Origin: Ionaspis alba
Taxonomy: Eukaryota
NCBI GenBank assembly: GCA_964255285.1
Contig: CAXUUL010000010.1
Coordinates: 1-64,000 of the forward strand
DNA: 64,000 bases
Direction: 5' to 3'
Shown here: positions 12,005 through 23,272 of the stretch, in pieces
How the letters are laid out: the number at the start of each line of letters is the position of its first letter
Numbering within the stretch: the first letter of the stretch is position 1
Translations under genes and position numbers: made by a program
Notes under the pieces: generated by a model
What the model was told of the DNA's origin: nothing
The model's input: only the letters and a program-made list of their open reading frames with translations
The model's database searches: none

Positions 12005-13623
12005 CAGACTTTTGCAAGCATATCCGAATCGATAATGGGATACTCAATATTACGGAGAACCTGTTTGAAGGCTTACTGGTTCTTCGTGAAAGGTTGAATC
12101 AGTCAGGATATTGCTTGTGGGTTGATTTCATTTGCATTGACGAGCAGAATGTTGAAGAACGTAACGCGCAAGTATCCATCATGAAGTCTATCTACGAGAA
12201 CGCGGAGGAGGTCTACGTCTGGCTGGGAGTATCATCGGAGGATAGCGATCTAGCTATGAGAAAAATCGGAGATTTTGGTCGATATTTGAACGGGCTGAGT
12301 GCTCAACATGATAATGACTTACACAGGGCAGTTGGCACGCTTAGTCCAGAGGATCCCACGATCTTCGGCGAAGAGGGATCTGAGACCTTCAAGAGCTGGA
12401 ACTCAATTGCTGTTCTGCTGAGAAGAGATAGGTGGTTTCGAGCTTGGATCATTCAAGAAGCGACGGTATCAATGAGCGTTACCTTCTTCTGCGGCACATC
12501 CAGCGTTTCTTGGAAAGCTATCATGTATACCATCTCCATCGCCGATCAGCTCTCTAGCTTCCCAGGATTGGAAACTATGTCTTCCCTTGGTGAAGGATTC
12601 TGCCACAGACTAATAAGTCTTTGCATGTCTCGCGAAAGCAAGAAGCCGAGGTCATTGATGGATATAATGATCGATTTCCGCCAATCCGAGTGCACCGACC
12701 CACGGGATAAAATATACTCGAAACTTGGCCTGGCTACAGACGTGGCACCTGGAGACATCGCTGTGAGATACGACAAGCCAATTGACGAAGTGTATATGGA
12801 TCTCGTCCGTTGGTCCTATGACAAAGGTCACCCGTTTCATCAGTTGGACTTCTTAGGCTGTGTGATTCGTTCTGCTGAGAAGCCATCTCAGATGCAGATG
12901 CCTGATAGAGTGGTACCTACGTGGGTTCCAGATTGGCGGGGAGCGCTTCGAGTTACACCATTTGGCAAGAAAATGACAGATATCAACCAGAATGAGGGCA
13001 GAGTCTACAGCGCTGTCCGTGATAGCACTGTGCAGGCGCAGTTTCTTGGGTCAAACTTTGTCGTCAAAGGCTTTACCATCGACCGTCTCAAAAGTGTCTC
13101 TTCCATTTCCGACGACGTTCGCGGACTTGTTGAAGTAACCTGGGCTCCGCCAAACTCGAATGACATTTATCAACCAACTGGCCAGACTGTCAACGATGCC
13201 TATTTGCACACTATAGTGGCAGACATCGAACACTCTGGTAGCTCTGTTGGAGTCCGTGGACATTGCATGGACTGGTCGTTCGACGTCAAGCAGAGGAAAC
13301 TCCTCGAAACTGGTGGAGATATCGATCAGGAGGAGATCGAGAACTGGACGAATCTAGTTGCATCAATGAAAAAAGCGACTTTTGGTCGCAGACTCGTCTG
13401 GACAGAGCAGGGCTATATGGGCCTGGCTCCTGCGGCTGCAAAGGTTGGAGATCAGGTTTGTGCTCTTTTGGGAGGTCAGGTACTGTATGTGCTCCGTGAA
13501 CAAGCAAACTCTGGGGTACATGAATTTATTGGGGAGTCCTATGTTCACGGTCTCATGGATGGGGAAGCAATGAACCGAGAGGAGAAATTGGGCTCTAGTA
13601 TCCGAGACTTCGTTCTTTGCTGA
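12005..13623 (+). CDS. HET-domain (HET-6-like) heterokaryon incompatibility protein, 5'-truncated by gap
   Basis: Frame open from the gap: ITENLFEGLLVLR..LWVDFICID..ERNAQVSIMKSIY..A..VYVWLG, RAWIIQE, DPRDKIY, PTWVPDW, GYMGLAP..AKVGD, FIGESYVHGLMDGE. Confidence 0.9.
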
Positions 13624-14107
13624 CCTGAAGAATTGATTATTCGACTTCCTGGGGCGCTTTAGGAGCTGCACTTTAAAAGATGTCAATCGGGCGAGGCCAC
13701 ACTGCTCCGTATATTCGGGATCCATAACATTCCTCGGCCGGTCACTCTGGCGGTCCGGTAGGTGAATCTTCCCCTCGTGGCTCTCGTTCGTTGTGTCCCT
13801 AGATTCAAGAAAATACACCTTTGATCCTACTTTCAGGCTCTGTTTTACGACTATTTCCTGAATGGTGCTTCTTACCAGTCCCTCAGTGACTCACATAGAA
13901 CCAAGATAGAAGTCAGGCGCCTGTGAAGAAAGATCACGACAGGAAGCTCAAGGTTGACGATGCAAATATTTCTCCGAAAGTGGTAGCCTCCCATTCTCTT
14001 CTTGGTTTTTCGGACTACCGCCAATGTGAAGATAGGCGTATAGGTCGATAAGGCGATAGAGGACGAGCGGACCAGGGCTCAAAGAGAATGGAATCTTTTA
14101 TGTGAGC

Positions 14108-14974
14108 TTAAATTTCTGGCTGCTTCACAAGATCGCTGTCACTAGTCTTCCTCTGCTCACTTCCGGCACTTCTCTCAACTTCGATTCTTTTTCTCACGAT
14201 CCTCGCCCCTCCCGGCTTTAATCGTCTATAATATCCCTCCACTACGACTTCTTCGACCTCGAAACCTCTTCTACAGTACCACTCCAAGCCCTGTGTGTTT
14301 GTCTCCCATACATGTGCATACACACTTTCCACGCCCTCATATTTATCCATAGCTTCTCCTATCACTGTATCCAGCAACATCGTAGCAATTCCTTGGCCCC
14401 TGTAGGGCGACAGCAGTGCCAGGGCCTGGATGTAGAGTGCATGTTGTGACTTTTGTCCCTCAGAAGAGGGTAGACAAGGAACAGGCTCGAGGCGACATCG
14501 GATACCACCGATGACAGTACCTTGCTCTGCTGCGTCTGGTAACTCTATTTGTTCTTTTCTCTGGATGTTGGAAGGCGTGGGTGAAGGGGACTCGCGCTTC
14601 CGCTTCCCTGGCCGAGGTCTGTCGTGCCATATAGCGATACGCGAAATGTTGGATATAGTGTGGTCAGAAATAGTGTCGGAGAAGAACTTGTCTGGATAGC
14701 GGATCGGAAGAAGGAGGGCTAGGACGCGGTGGAAGGGGTTGATGGTAGAGGCAGTCAGCGGCTGAATCGTGATTTGCGAGAGTGCGTGGGAAGCGGAAGC
14801 TGCGCCATTTTGCTGCAGTACGGATGTCGCTGACGAGGCAGTTGGTGCTGCTGGTGATGGTGGACGACGCGTAGTCCTGATTGAATCGTCCTGAGAATGT
14901 GAAGTTGCTTTGTTCAACACTGTAGTGGTTGGTGGAGCTTGTGTCAGCAAAATGGGAAGGGGTGAGCGGTCCAT
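14108..14974 (-). CDS. NAA50: GNAT N-acetyltransferase, Naa50/Nat5-like (start uncertain)
   Basis: LPIRYPDKFF, LYIQALALLSPYRGQGIA (acetyl-CoA motif), YAHVWETN..GLEWY..RGF, YYRRL. Confidence 0.7.
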   Translation of the reverse strand: MDRSPLPILLTQAPPTTTVLNKATSHSQDDSIRTTRRPPSPAAPTASSATSVLQQNGAASASHALSQITIQPLTASTINPFHRVLALLLPIRYPDKFFSDTISDHTISNISRIAIWHDRPRPGKRKRESPSPTPSNIQRKEQIELPDAAEQGTVIGGIRCRLEPVPCLPSSEGQKSQHALYIQALALLSPYRGQGIATMLLDTVIGEAMDKYEGVESVYAHVWETNTQGLEWYCRRGFEVEEVVVEGYYRRLKPGGARIVRKRIEVERSAGSEQRKTSDSDLVKQPEI

Positions 14975-15668
14975 GGCAGCACGCGAGAGCCAGGCTGGCT
15001 GTGGCTTTGTTTGGCAAAAGCTGGCATCACAATATTGATCGATGCGGGGCAGCTTGAGAACTCAAAGATTGCTAAATCAAGAACCACCCATGCTCACTTC
15101 CGCTAGCTCCCGCCGCTAATGACGCAGGTACGAAGTGATCGACAAGGCGAAACATTTTGGGAGTTCCGCACAGTAAGGCGAGATCCCCTTCGACTAGCAA
15201 ACCTCCGAGGACGGATTCTGGAAACCCATGTACCGGTCGAGCTAGAGGACTTCTGCTTCCGCAACAGGTCTTGACCGAGTGCATTGTATTTGGCGTCGTG
15301 CATTGCGGAGTTTGCTTTGGCCTGATCTAGCCACTGTGTGCAAGTGCTCCGGGAGTGCCCTGGCCATAACGATTAGCATCCTCAACAATGGCAAAAAGAT
15401 TGCGTTATTCATTACCGTCGTAGTTGCTATTGAGCTCTTGTTAGTTCTAGCGGTGTATGCTGCAGATTAGGAGCTTCGTCCGTCTATTCATTGTGAGTCA
15501 CTTTCTCGCTATTGTGCTTTCTATTGATCTGTGCAAAGCGCTAATAGGCCAATAGATTGTCGATAACTTTGGAGCTTCGAGTTCTCTTCCCTCTTCATAT
15601 CCTCTCTACCCCCCCCGGAGATCTTCTTTACAGTCTCTACTTAATGAGCTATACCGACGTCTACCGCC

Positions 15669-16780
15669 ATGGCTGCAAGCTCCGAGGGATCGACAACTGA
15701 GTTTGGAAATATGGCCGATATGGTATGTCATAATGTGGTTCTCGAGAACGGAATGCTCGCGAGGATATCTTCTACGTTGAAATAATGTTTTGAATCACTG
15801 TGGCGGTCTCGCATGATAAGAGATCTATTCCAAGACACCTGGCACTGACATCGGCTTAGATCACTTCAACCCTCGAAGACTGCCTTTACAACATCATCAG
15901 TGATACCGTACTGAAAGCTCATCGAGAAGAGAAGCTTCTACGCATGCAGTCGGCAGCTGTCATTGCACATCAATACAAGGAACAAGCAGCGGCGGAAGCG
16001 AGTGATGGTGAAGACACGTTACCGATCACGACACCTGGCGCATCAATTGCAAAGGATGGCAAGACCTATCTTCGTGGGAATCCTTTGAGTACCACAGCCG
16101 AAGTTCTATGTTCCAACTGTCGACTTCCACGTCTACGACATCCAGTCACTGGCAAGAACGCGCGCGAGCCGGAAACCGGAAGGGAATACTGTGCCAAGCA
16201 GCCGTATATCGAGAAAGAAGGCTGTGATATCTACGGCAACTCACTCGATCTAGAAAAGCCAAATAGAAATCCGAAGGGAGCAAAAGATGCCAAGTCCAAA
16301 AAGAAAGCTGATGAGTCGCCGGACGGCTCTCAGAGCAATAGCCTACCCTCTAGCAAACCCTCCGACAAGCCAACGTCAATACCGTACGGCAAATGCCCTA
16401 ATTGTTCACGCTACCTGGCCGTCACGAGGATAGCACAGCATTTGGATAAGTGTATGGGAATATCAGGGAGACAAAGCAGCAAGAATGCTCTGTCGAAGAT
16501 GAACACGGGAACGCCAAGAGATAGTCGAGCGACGACTCCGAAACCACAATTACCTAATACGAAGAAGAGGAAAGCGGAGAAGGGAACTGACGACGAGAGC
16601 GGAGAAGACGCCATGAAGAAGAAAAAGAAGAAACTCATTTCGAAGAAGCAAAAGGAGTCGACGGGCAAGGCTGTCAATTCTTCCCTCGCACGAGTCAAGT
16701 CGGCGGAGAAGCGATTGCCTGGTCAATCGGACAGTGGGAGGGAAAAGACTCCGGTAAAGGAGAAGGATGACGAGGAGTGA
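15669..16780 (+). CDS. SGF11: SAGA deubiquitination module subunit Sgf11, 2 exons (intron 15723-15859)
   Basis: Spliced N-term LEDCLYNIISDTVLKAHREEK; zinc finger CPNCSRYLAVTRIAQHLDKCMG; Lys-rich NLS tail. Confidence 0.8.
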
Positions 16781-17189
16781 TTGCCGTGCATTGGTATCGC
16801 TCAAGGGTATTCGTCGCATTTACACATGTGGTCTTAGCGGCATCTATGGTGTTTGGGTTGGATATCTGTCAAAGGTGATGAGGCGCCAGAAGTCCACACA
16901 CGATTACGTCTGTATAGACTTCAGTATGGCTGATGTGGCATGACTGGAGATAGTTATGGATATTTGATCTGTATAGATTACATCTACATCTTCCTGTACA
17001 TACAATGCTCGCACATCGGAAATTACTTCATACCATAACTCGACGATATCGCGGCTAGACTACTTGAACGCTTAGGGCTCTATAATCGACAACGAAAAAT
17101 ATTTGATATTCAATCCTCCAAATTCGATTAGTAAACATATCATCGCTATCTCTCCAAACTTCAACATCATCACTTCTCAACGGCCGAAA

Positions 17190-18317
17190 ATGGCCATCAC
17201 ACCTGCCCCCCAAACCAATCCTCCACAAACCCTTTCCTTCCCTGCCCTCACCTTCGCCAAACTCTCACCCTCACCCTTCCTCCTCGCCCACCTCCAATCA
17301 CCCACTCCTCAACGTCCCAACGGCCGCTCCCCACACGAATTCCGCTCACCAACCGCCCACACCGGCTCCCTAACCCATGCTTCTGGCAGCGCGGTCATAC
17401 GAGTCGGCGATACAGCCGTCGTCTGTGGTGTCCGAGGGGAGATTCTACTCGCAAAGGATGTGCCCGACTGGCGCGTTGAGCGGGGCAGTGGGCCCAGAGC
17501 TCGGAGAGCAACAGGCACGGCAAAGGACCCAGAGGAGACAGAGAAGACAGATGAGGAGAGAAGAAAAGACAGAAAAGAGCTAGCAAGCCTTGGTCTCCTT
17601 GTCCCGAACCTCGAGCTCAGCACTGGCTGCTCACCTGCCCATCTACCGGGAAACCCCCCGTCGACGCTGGCGCAGAGTCTGAGTCAGAGAATGTTGACCC
17701 TGTTACATATTGCGGATTTGGTCGATATTGAAGAATTGAAGATTTGGTATACGGCTGAAAAAGGTGCTACGAAGGATGGGGATGGAGAAGCGGAGGAGGG
17801 AGAAGAAGGGGAAGAAGAGGAAGCTAAGGCTGAGGTGAAGGCGTTTTGGACGCTCTACATTGATATCCTCTTCATCTCCCTCGACGGCAATGCCTTTGAC
17901 GCTGCTTTGGGTGCCGTGATCGCTGCTCTAAGGGATACAAAACTGCCACGCGCGTGGTGGGATGTGGATCGCGAGATGGTGCTTTGTGATGACCGGGTTT
18001 CGGAGGCAAGGGGTCTACAATTATGGGGTTTCCCAGTTGCAGCGAGTTTTGCGGTGTTTGTACCTGCAATTGGAAGGAGTGAGAGGCAAAAGGGCGGACA
18101 GAGCGCATGGGTGTTGGCTGATCCGGATGATTTCGAGGAAGGTCTTTGTGCGGAGGGTGTTACGGTTGTGGTTGATGAGAGGAAGGGGGCTATGAAAGTA
18201 TTGAGGATAGAAAAGGGGGGTGGAGGGTTTGCGGGAGTGACGGAGATGGAGGAGTGTGTGCGGTTGGCCGGGGAGAGGTGGAGGGAGTGGAAGGATGTGC
18301 TAGGGGCTTTAGGATAA
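17190..18317 (+). CDS. RRP43: Exosome RNase PH-like subunit Rrp43
   Basis: RPNGRSPHEFR..GSLTHASGSAVIRVGDTAVVCGV, LLVPNLELSTGC, WTLYIDILFISLDGNAFDA..AALRDTKLP. Confidence 0.85.
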   Translation: MAITPAPQTNPPQTLSFPALTFAKLSPSPFLLAHLQSPTPQRPNGRSPHEFRSPTAHTGSLTHASGSAVIRVGDTAVVCGVRGEILLAKDVPDWRVERGSGPRARRATGTAKDPEETEKTDEERRKDRKELASLGLLVPNLELSTGCSPAHLPGNPPSTLAQSLSQRMLTLLHIADLVDIEELKIWYTAEKGATKDGDGEAEEGEEGEEEEAKAEVKAFWTLYIDILFISLDGNAFDAALGAVIAALRDTKLPRAWWDVDREMVLCDDRVSEARGLQLWGFPVAASFAVFVPAIGRSERQKGGQSAWVLADPDDFEEGLCAEGVTVVVDERKGAMKVLRIEKGGGGFAGVTEMEECVRLAGERWREWKDVLGALG

Positions 18318-18570
18318 AGGCGAAGCTATAAGTATAATTACTTGGGGATTGATTACGGTGCTAGATTTGTCGAGCGGCATAGCGTGGCGCTTTGGACGTT
18401 TACTGGCATTTTGTCTACGAATTACGGAGTGCAAGGAGTAGCTGCCACTCATAGAGAAATGTAGATACTCTTCATTGAACCTATCCTGGGTATGAATTCA
18501 TCTCGTCTTTACAGATTCTTGTCAACCCACGAATACACCAACGCTATGCGACCCATGCAGAAAAGTCATC

Positions 18571-20466
18571 TCATTCGGTTCTTTGACGTTTACCTAGTGG
18601 CTCACCATTGACTTCATCGAAGGTGCGTCGAGAAGGACTGGATTCGCTAGACGAGCCAGAACGACCTGTAGAGTCAATATCCCCTAGCTTGTCTTTCGAA
18701 GCACGCAACAATTCATCCGCCAGGCTTGGTAGTTGTTTGACCCTTTCTGCCAGCCCTTCGACGGAAGGCTTGGAAGTGCTGTTCTTGGGTAGGCTGATGG
18801 AAAACATGACGAGTCGTTGTTCATCTTTGGCCGTTGCCTTTGCTTTCTCTCCAGCCTTGTCACTCTTCAGTTCCAATTCACAATTCTTTGTCATTTTGCC
18901 CCTATCCACATGACTAGTCTCCAAGTCACTTCCATTTTCATCTTTCTTTGAAATCTCAGGAGGATTCATATCTTTCGGTGTCTCTTTCTCCTCTTCAGCC
19001 TCCGTATACTCCCACATAGTCTTGATATCTCCCTTTACGAATGCAGTGCCCCACAAAGAAAACAGGACTCCAGGAACAAGATAAAGAAGTGCGGGTTGAC
19101 CATGCTTGAACACATGCATGACTCCAAGCGTGCATAGCATACCAATAATATAGCCAGAGATACTCGCATAGAAGTAGGTTTTTGGAAACACACTGCCCTC
19201 AAGATGATTGCGATTCTTAGAGTCGAGCCAGAATCGCTCACCCCAGCCAGCAGTCGCAGGATGATATTCAGCCTTGATAGCTTCAGTACCAGCAAACTTG
19301 ACGTCTAGTGCGAGAAATTTGTCACTCGTAGTCTTTACGAGACCCTCTGAAGCAGCCTGCTGTCGTTTTTGCTTTCGCAAGTAAAACAGGTAGAGGTCGA
19401 ACCGTAATGCTAGTCCAATCATAATGCCTGGTAGGACGACGTCTCCTAAACCAAGCATGGAGAGCGCTTTTTTAGTTGGATCATCGTCCACTCCAGACGG
19501 TCTAGGAAACAGAAGTTTGACTGGTATATCCAACTTCGTAGCGACTGTAATCATGAGTGGAGTAAAGAAGACAAAGTAGATGTCGTAGAAGAACAGAGAT
19601 GTCAGAACCAAAGTCCCAGTCCAGAAAGTAGTGGGTGACATGAGCTGAAGTGCGGAGTAGCTAAATGCAAAGCCGAGGAGATTCGTCAACCACCAGGGCT
19701 TGTCGACAAGGTTGAAATAAAGTACTGCAGCCAGTGCGGACGCAGTGCTTGTAATCCCAAGTAAGCTCACCGGAGAATCCGCTTCCACAACCCCACGTAT
19801 GTATGTATTCACAACGCATATCGGTTGGATTGGTATATCTCTGATTGTCCACAACAGGTTTACTAGTTTCGGTGAAAGCGGAAGCCGTGAAAGCGATCCT
19901 GGTAATGGTGAGCTCCTCCTCTCCTGAGTTTTCCGTCCCTGTAGTTCCTCGGTCCGTGGTATTGCTACCCTCTGCTTGCGTTTGACCTCCCAAGTCATAT
20001 CACCGTCGCTATATCTGGCAGGAAAGATAAAAGACATGATCGTGCTCGTCGAATCTATAAGAAGCCTGGCGATAGATAGTATACCGAAGACAGACAGATA
20101 CCAGTTCAGTATCTTGTTCAATATGTCCGGATCTTTCAACCATTTGATCAGGAAATAGAGGCCGGCCAACATGCATCCCGTCAGGACAGGGTAGAGAATC
20201 GCGTCTGATGGCGATAATCCTTCCATTCGCTGAGAGTTTTCTACCGCCACATAGTCCTCCTCTTCAGAGTTATCTGTAGACCGTTTCTTCGACTTCGAGG
20301 GCTTTGCGGCAGATGATGGTCGTGAGAGCGAGGCATGTGCACCCGTGAAGATAGGAAAAAGAGCTGATATCAGCAGATGAAGGTAAGTTGGGACAAATGG
20401 CTGGATGAGAGTAAGTTCATAGGCAATGCGGCCCACGATCTCTGAGATAATGCCTGGCGAAGACAT
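18571..20466 (-). CDS. sppA: Signal peptide peptidase (GxGD intramembrane aspartyl protease, A22B)
   Basis: LFFYDIYFVF, LGLGDVVLPG, GQPALLYLVP motifs; intronless 631-aa ORF. Confidence 0.92.
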   Translation of the reverse strand: MSSPGIISEIVGRIAYELTLIQPFVPTYLHLLISALFPIFTGAHASLSRPSSAAKPSKSKKRSTDNSEEEDYVAVENSQRMEGLSPSDAILYPVLTGCMLAGLYFLIKWLKDPDILNKILNWYLSVFGILSIARLLIDSTSTIMSFIFPARYSDGDMTWEVKRKQRVAIPRTEELQGRKTQERRSSPLPGSLSRLPLSPKLVNLLWTIRDIPIQPICVVNTYIRGVVEADSPVSLLGITSTASALAAVLYFNLVDKPWWLTNLLGFAFSYSALQLMSPTTFWTGTLVLTSLFFYDIYFVFFTPLMITVATKLDIPVKLLFPRPSGVDDDPTKKALSMLGLGDVVLPGIMIGLALRFDLYLFYLRKQKRQQAASEGLVKTTSDKFLALDVKFAGTEAIKAEYHPATAGWGERFWLDSKNRNHLEGSVFPKTYFYASISGYIIGMLCTLGVMHVFKHGQPALLYLVPGVLFSLWGTAFVKGDIKTMWEYTEAEEEKETPKDMNPPEISKKDENGSDLETSHVDRGKMTKNCELELKSDKAGEKAKATAKDEQRLVMFSISLPKNSTSKPSVEGLAERVKQLPSLADELLRASKDKLGDIDSTGRSGSSSESSPSRRTFDEVNGEPLGKRQRTE

Positions 20467-21201
20467 GGGGGTGAGAAGTCGCTGATACGGTACGACTTTG
20501 GGGTCCAGGGCAGCGAAAGTTATGTGATCTAGCTCAAGGTAAGCAGGTGACTTGTAGAGTTACTATAGGGGATGGGAGAATACCTGCAAAGCTCGATGTT
20601 TGCTACATCACCAAAGACTCCTGGTTCGACTTGGTTTGCTCTCTTCATATCAAGAAGACGCTTCCAGCAGCAGGGCAGTCAACAGAGGTGGTTAAGGGCA
20701 ACAACGAGGGCTCGCCCTACGGCTTTAGCTGGCAAAGTCCCTTACACTATCCCTGTGCTTGGCTGAGAACCACCGTTTCTGGCCCCGGAACTACGAGGCA
20801 ATCTACGCATGAATGATAACCATTAGAACTTTACATGTACACAGTGACTATATTAGATCAATCTAGAATTGTTATGGACGAGAGGCATGGGATGGAAATG
20901 ATGATTGTATCGTCACAAACGAACCGCATCTTTCAGGTTGATATCCAGAGCAGTAGATACAGGACGCTTTTCTAGAAATCCTTCTTCGCATTTCTGGCTT
21001 GGAGATCAATGAAGACCCAAGAGCTTGCAACCACACAGTGATTATGTGATTGTTTGCAAATGCGTATAAAGAAACAATTCGAATTCCCAGAATATTTGAC
21101 ACCAAGCGCGTTCTTCTGCTTAGTCATTCGGATTTCTAGGAGTTCGAGAAGACGGCTGAGAACCACCACATGAACGATGTGATCACAAGCATGAGTGTGT
21201 G

Positions 21202-23272
21202 ATGGAAGCACTCGGCGACACCGCATGGGATGTCGTGATTTCTGGGACTGGCTTACCTCAGTCCCTGTTAGCACTGTAAGTTGCTCCATCCACCACACAA
21301 AAGTTGACATCTCTGACTGACGCAGTTCATGAGGAAGAGCTTTGTCACGCTCCAATAAAAAAGTACTACATATCGACCGCAACGACTACTATGGCGGGAG
21401 GGATGCGGCCCTCAGCCTGCAAGATGCTGAAAGCTGGGTGAACAAAATCAACGATGGTATGTCTGTTTTCCCTCAACTCCATTACTTCCAAATTGCGCTC
21501 AACGCATGCCTAGGTTCTGGACCGCGATCATTCTTAGACGCTCAAATCATCTACCCTAGTGATGGAGCAGATAGTTCGAATATTGGGCCGAGGTCTGCGA
21601 AGCTAGGATTCTCTCGAGCATACAGCCTAGCTCTATCACCCCAAATCATCTATACGCGCTCTGCATTACTGCCCACTCTTGTCTCCTCGAAAGTCTACCG
21701 GCAATTAGAATTCCATGCAGTTGGCAGCTGGTGGATCTACAACCAAGAAAGCGCTGGAAATCAGGAGGATGATACGCCAAATGATCAACGAGTCGGCGGG
21801 AGGTTGAAGAAGATACCGGGTGGCCGGGAAGATGTGTTTGCGGATGAAACGATTGATCGGCAATCCAAGCGAAATTTGATGAAGTTTTTGCGGCTCGCTT
21901 CAGATGTCGAAGCTCAAGGACCTATTCTACAAGACTGGGGCACTCGAACCTTTGAAGACTTCCTCAGCCATCAGTATGGTCTCTCACCGAAACTGCAAGC
22001 GGCACTTCATGCTCTTACACTTTCGTTGAAACCGCTCGACCAGACCATGACTTCGTTTGCCTTGCCTCGGATAACACGACATCTCACCTCAATCGGTGTA
22101 TTTGGACCTGGCTTCGGCTCCGTCGTCNNNNNNNNNNNNNNNNNNNNNNNNNNNNNNNNNNNNNNNNNNNNNNNNNNNNNNNNNNNNNNNNNNNNNNNNN
22201 NNNNNNNNNNNNNNNNNNNNNNNNNNNAACACGACATCTCACCTCAATCGGTGTATTTGGACCTGGCTTCGGCTCCGTCGTCCCTAAGTGGGGGGGTCTA
22301 GCCGAGATAGCACAAGTCGGCTGTCGTGCTAGTGCTGTCGGAGGTGGTGTATATGTTCTGAACAAGGGAATTGAAGGCTCAACGAGCAGCAACGGGGCAG
22401 GTGCGAATCTGAGCATAGATCTACAAGGTGGAGAGACGATATCGGCTCTATGGGTCGCTGGCTGCCGTGACGATTTTCCTCTGTTGAACCAGGCACCTAA
22501 GCCAGCTTCTACATGGACGGTTACCCGTTCGATTTCCGTGTTGTCGTCTCCTCTACCAGACTTGTTCCTAAATCAAGTGGAAGGAGCACCTCCACCCGCC
22601 GTCGCCGTTGTGGTATTCCCTACCTCGTCTCTAGATCAGGACGGTTCTTCATCAGGACTAAAGTCTCCTCCTGTATACTTTATGATACATTCCAGTGACA
22701 CTGGAGAGTGTCCTATAGGCCAATGTAGGTCAACAAGTCTTTGAACCCTTCCTTGAGCGATCTGATGAACCAAACCAAACGAATACTTATCTACATTGTC
22801 TGATGTTCCATTGAAGATAACATACCTCTGACAGTCTGATATTGTGCTCTTGTTTTCAGTCGTGCTTTCAGCTTCCTCATCTCGCACAACGGGCTGATAC
22901 GAAACGAACACAGGTGTCGTTTATTCTACGACTGGTCTTGAAGGCGCTCCTGGTCACGAGCTGCTCACTCTTGCAATGCAACAATTACTCGAAACTATTC
23001 ACGACGAGACACGACCTGATGTCTTATGGACGCTTCGATACTCGCAGTGTTTCACCCAAGGGCCAATCCAAGCTAGCCCCCCAGAAAATGGGCAGGGAGT
23101 TGAAAGACAAGGTGGCACTGTCTTATTTCCTGAGCCTGTTGTTGATTTGGCGTTTGATGATGGTGTATTAAGGGACGTGATGACTGCATGGCAGGAAATT
23201 AGCGGTCAGGCAGAAGGCTTCATGCAATTTGAGGATAGGGAAGTTGGAGCCTATGAAGATGAGGATCTGTAA
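21202..23272 (+). CDS. MRS6: Rab escort protein / Rab geranylgeranyltransferase component A (GDI/REP family), multi-exon; gap 22128-22227 is artefactual
   Basis: WDVVISGTGLPQSLLAL/ALSRSNKKVLHIDRNDYYGG, LVSSKVYRQLEF, KIPGGREDVF, PKWGGLAEIAQVGCRASAVGGGVYVL, HSSDTGECP. Introns start at 21276, ~21457 and 22725. Confidence 0.88.
22757..22845 (+). ncRNA. snR62: Intronic box C/D snoRNA, snR62/SNORD34-like, double guide
   Basis: Box C TGATGA 22763-22768; guide CTTATCTACATTGT 22786-22799; D' CTGA 22800-22803; C' TGAAGA 22812-22817; guide ACCTCTGACAGT 22824-22835; D CTGA 22836-22839; terminal stem GCGAT/ATTGT. Lies inside a 189-nt intron (22725-22913). Confidence 0.85.

Noticed and set aside
15723..15859. 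137-nt SGF11 intron as a snoRNA host
   Set aside because: Only a degenerate TGATAA, and the CTGA is the branch site; no recognisable guide.
16875..16933. GTGATGA...CTGA pair in the SGF11 3' region
   Set aside because: No internal C'/D' boxes, terminal stem or recognisable rRNA antisense element.
22830..22913. Alternative in-frame 3' splice site at 22859 in MRS6
   Set aside because: It would introduce a TGA; the CTGA motifs are better explained by the snoRNA.
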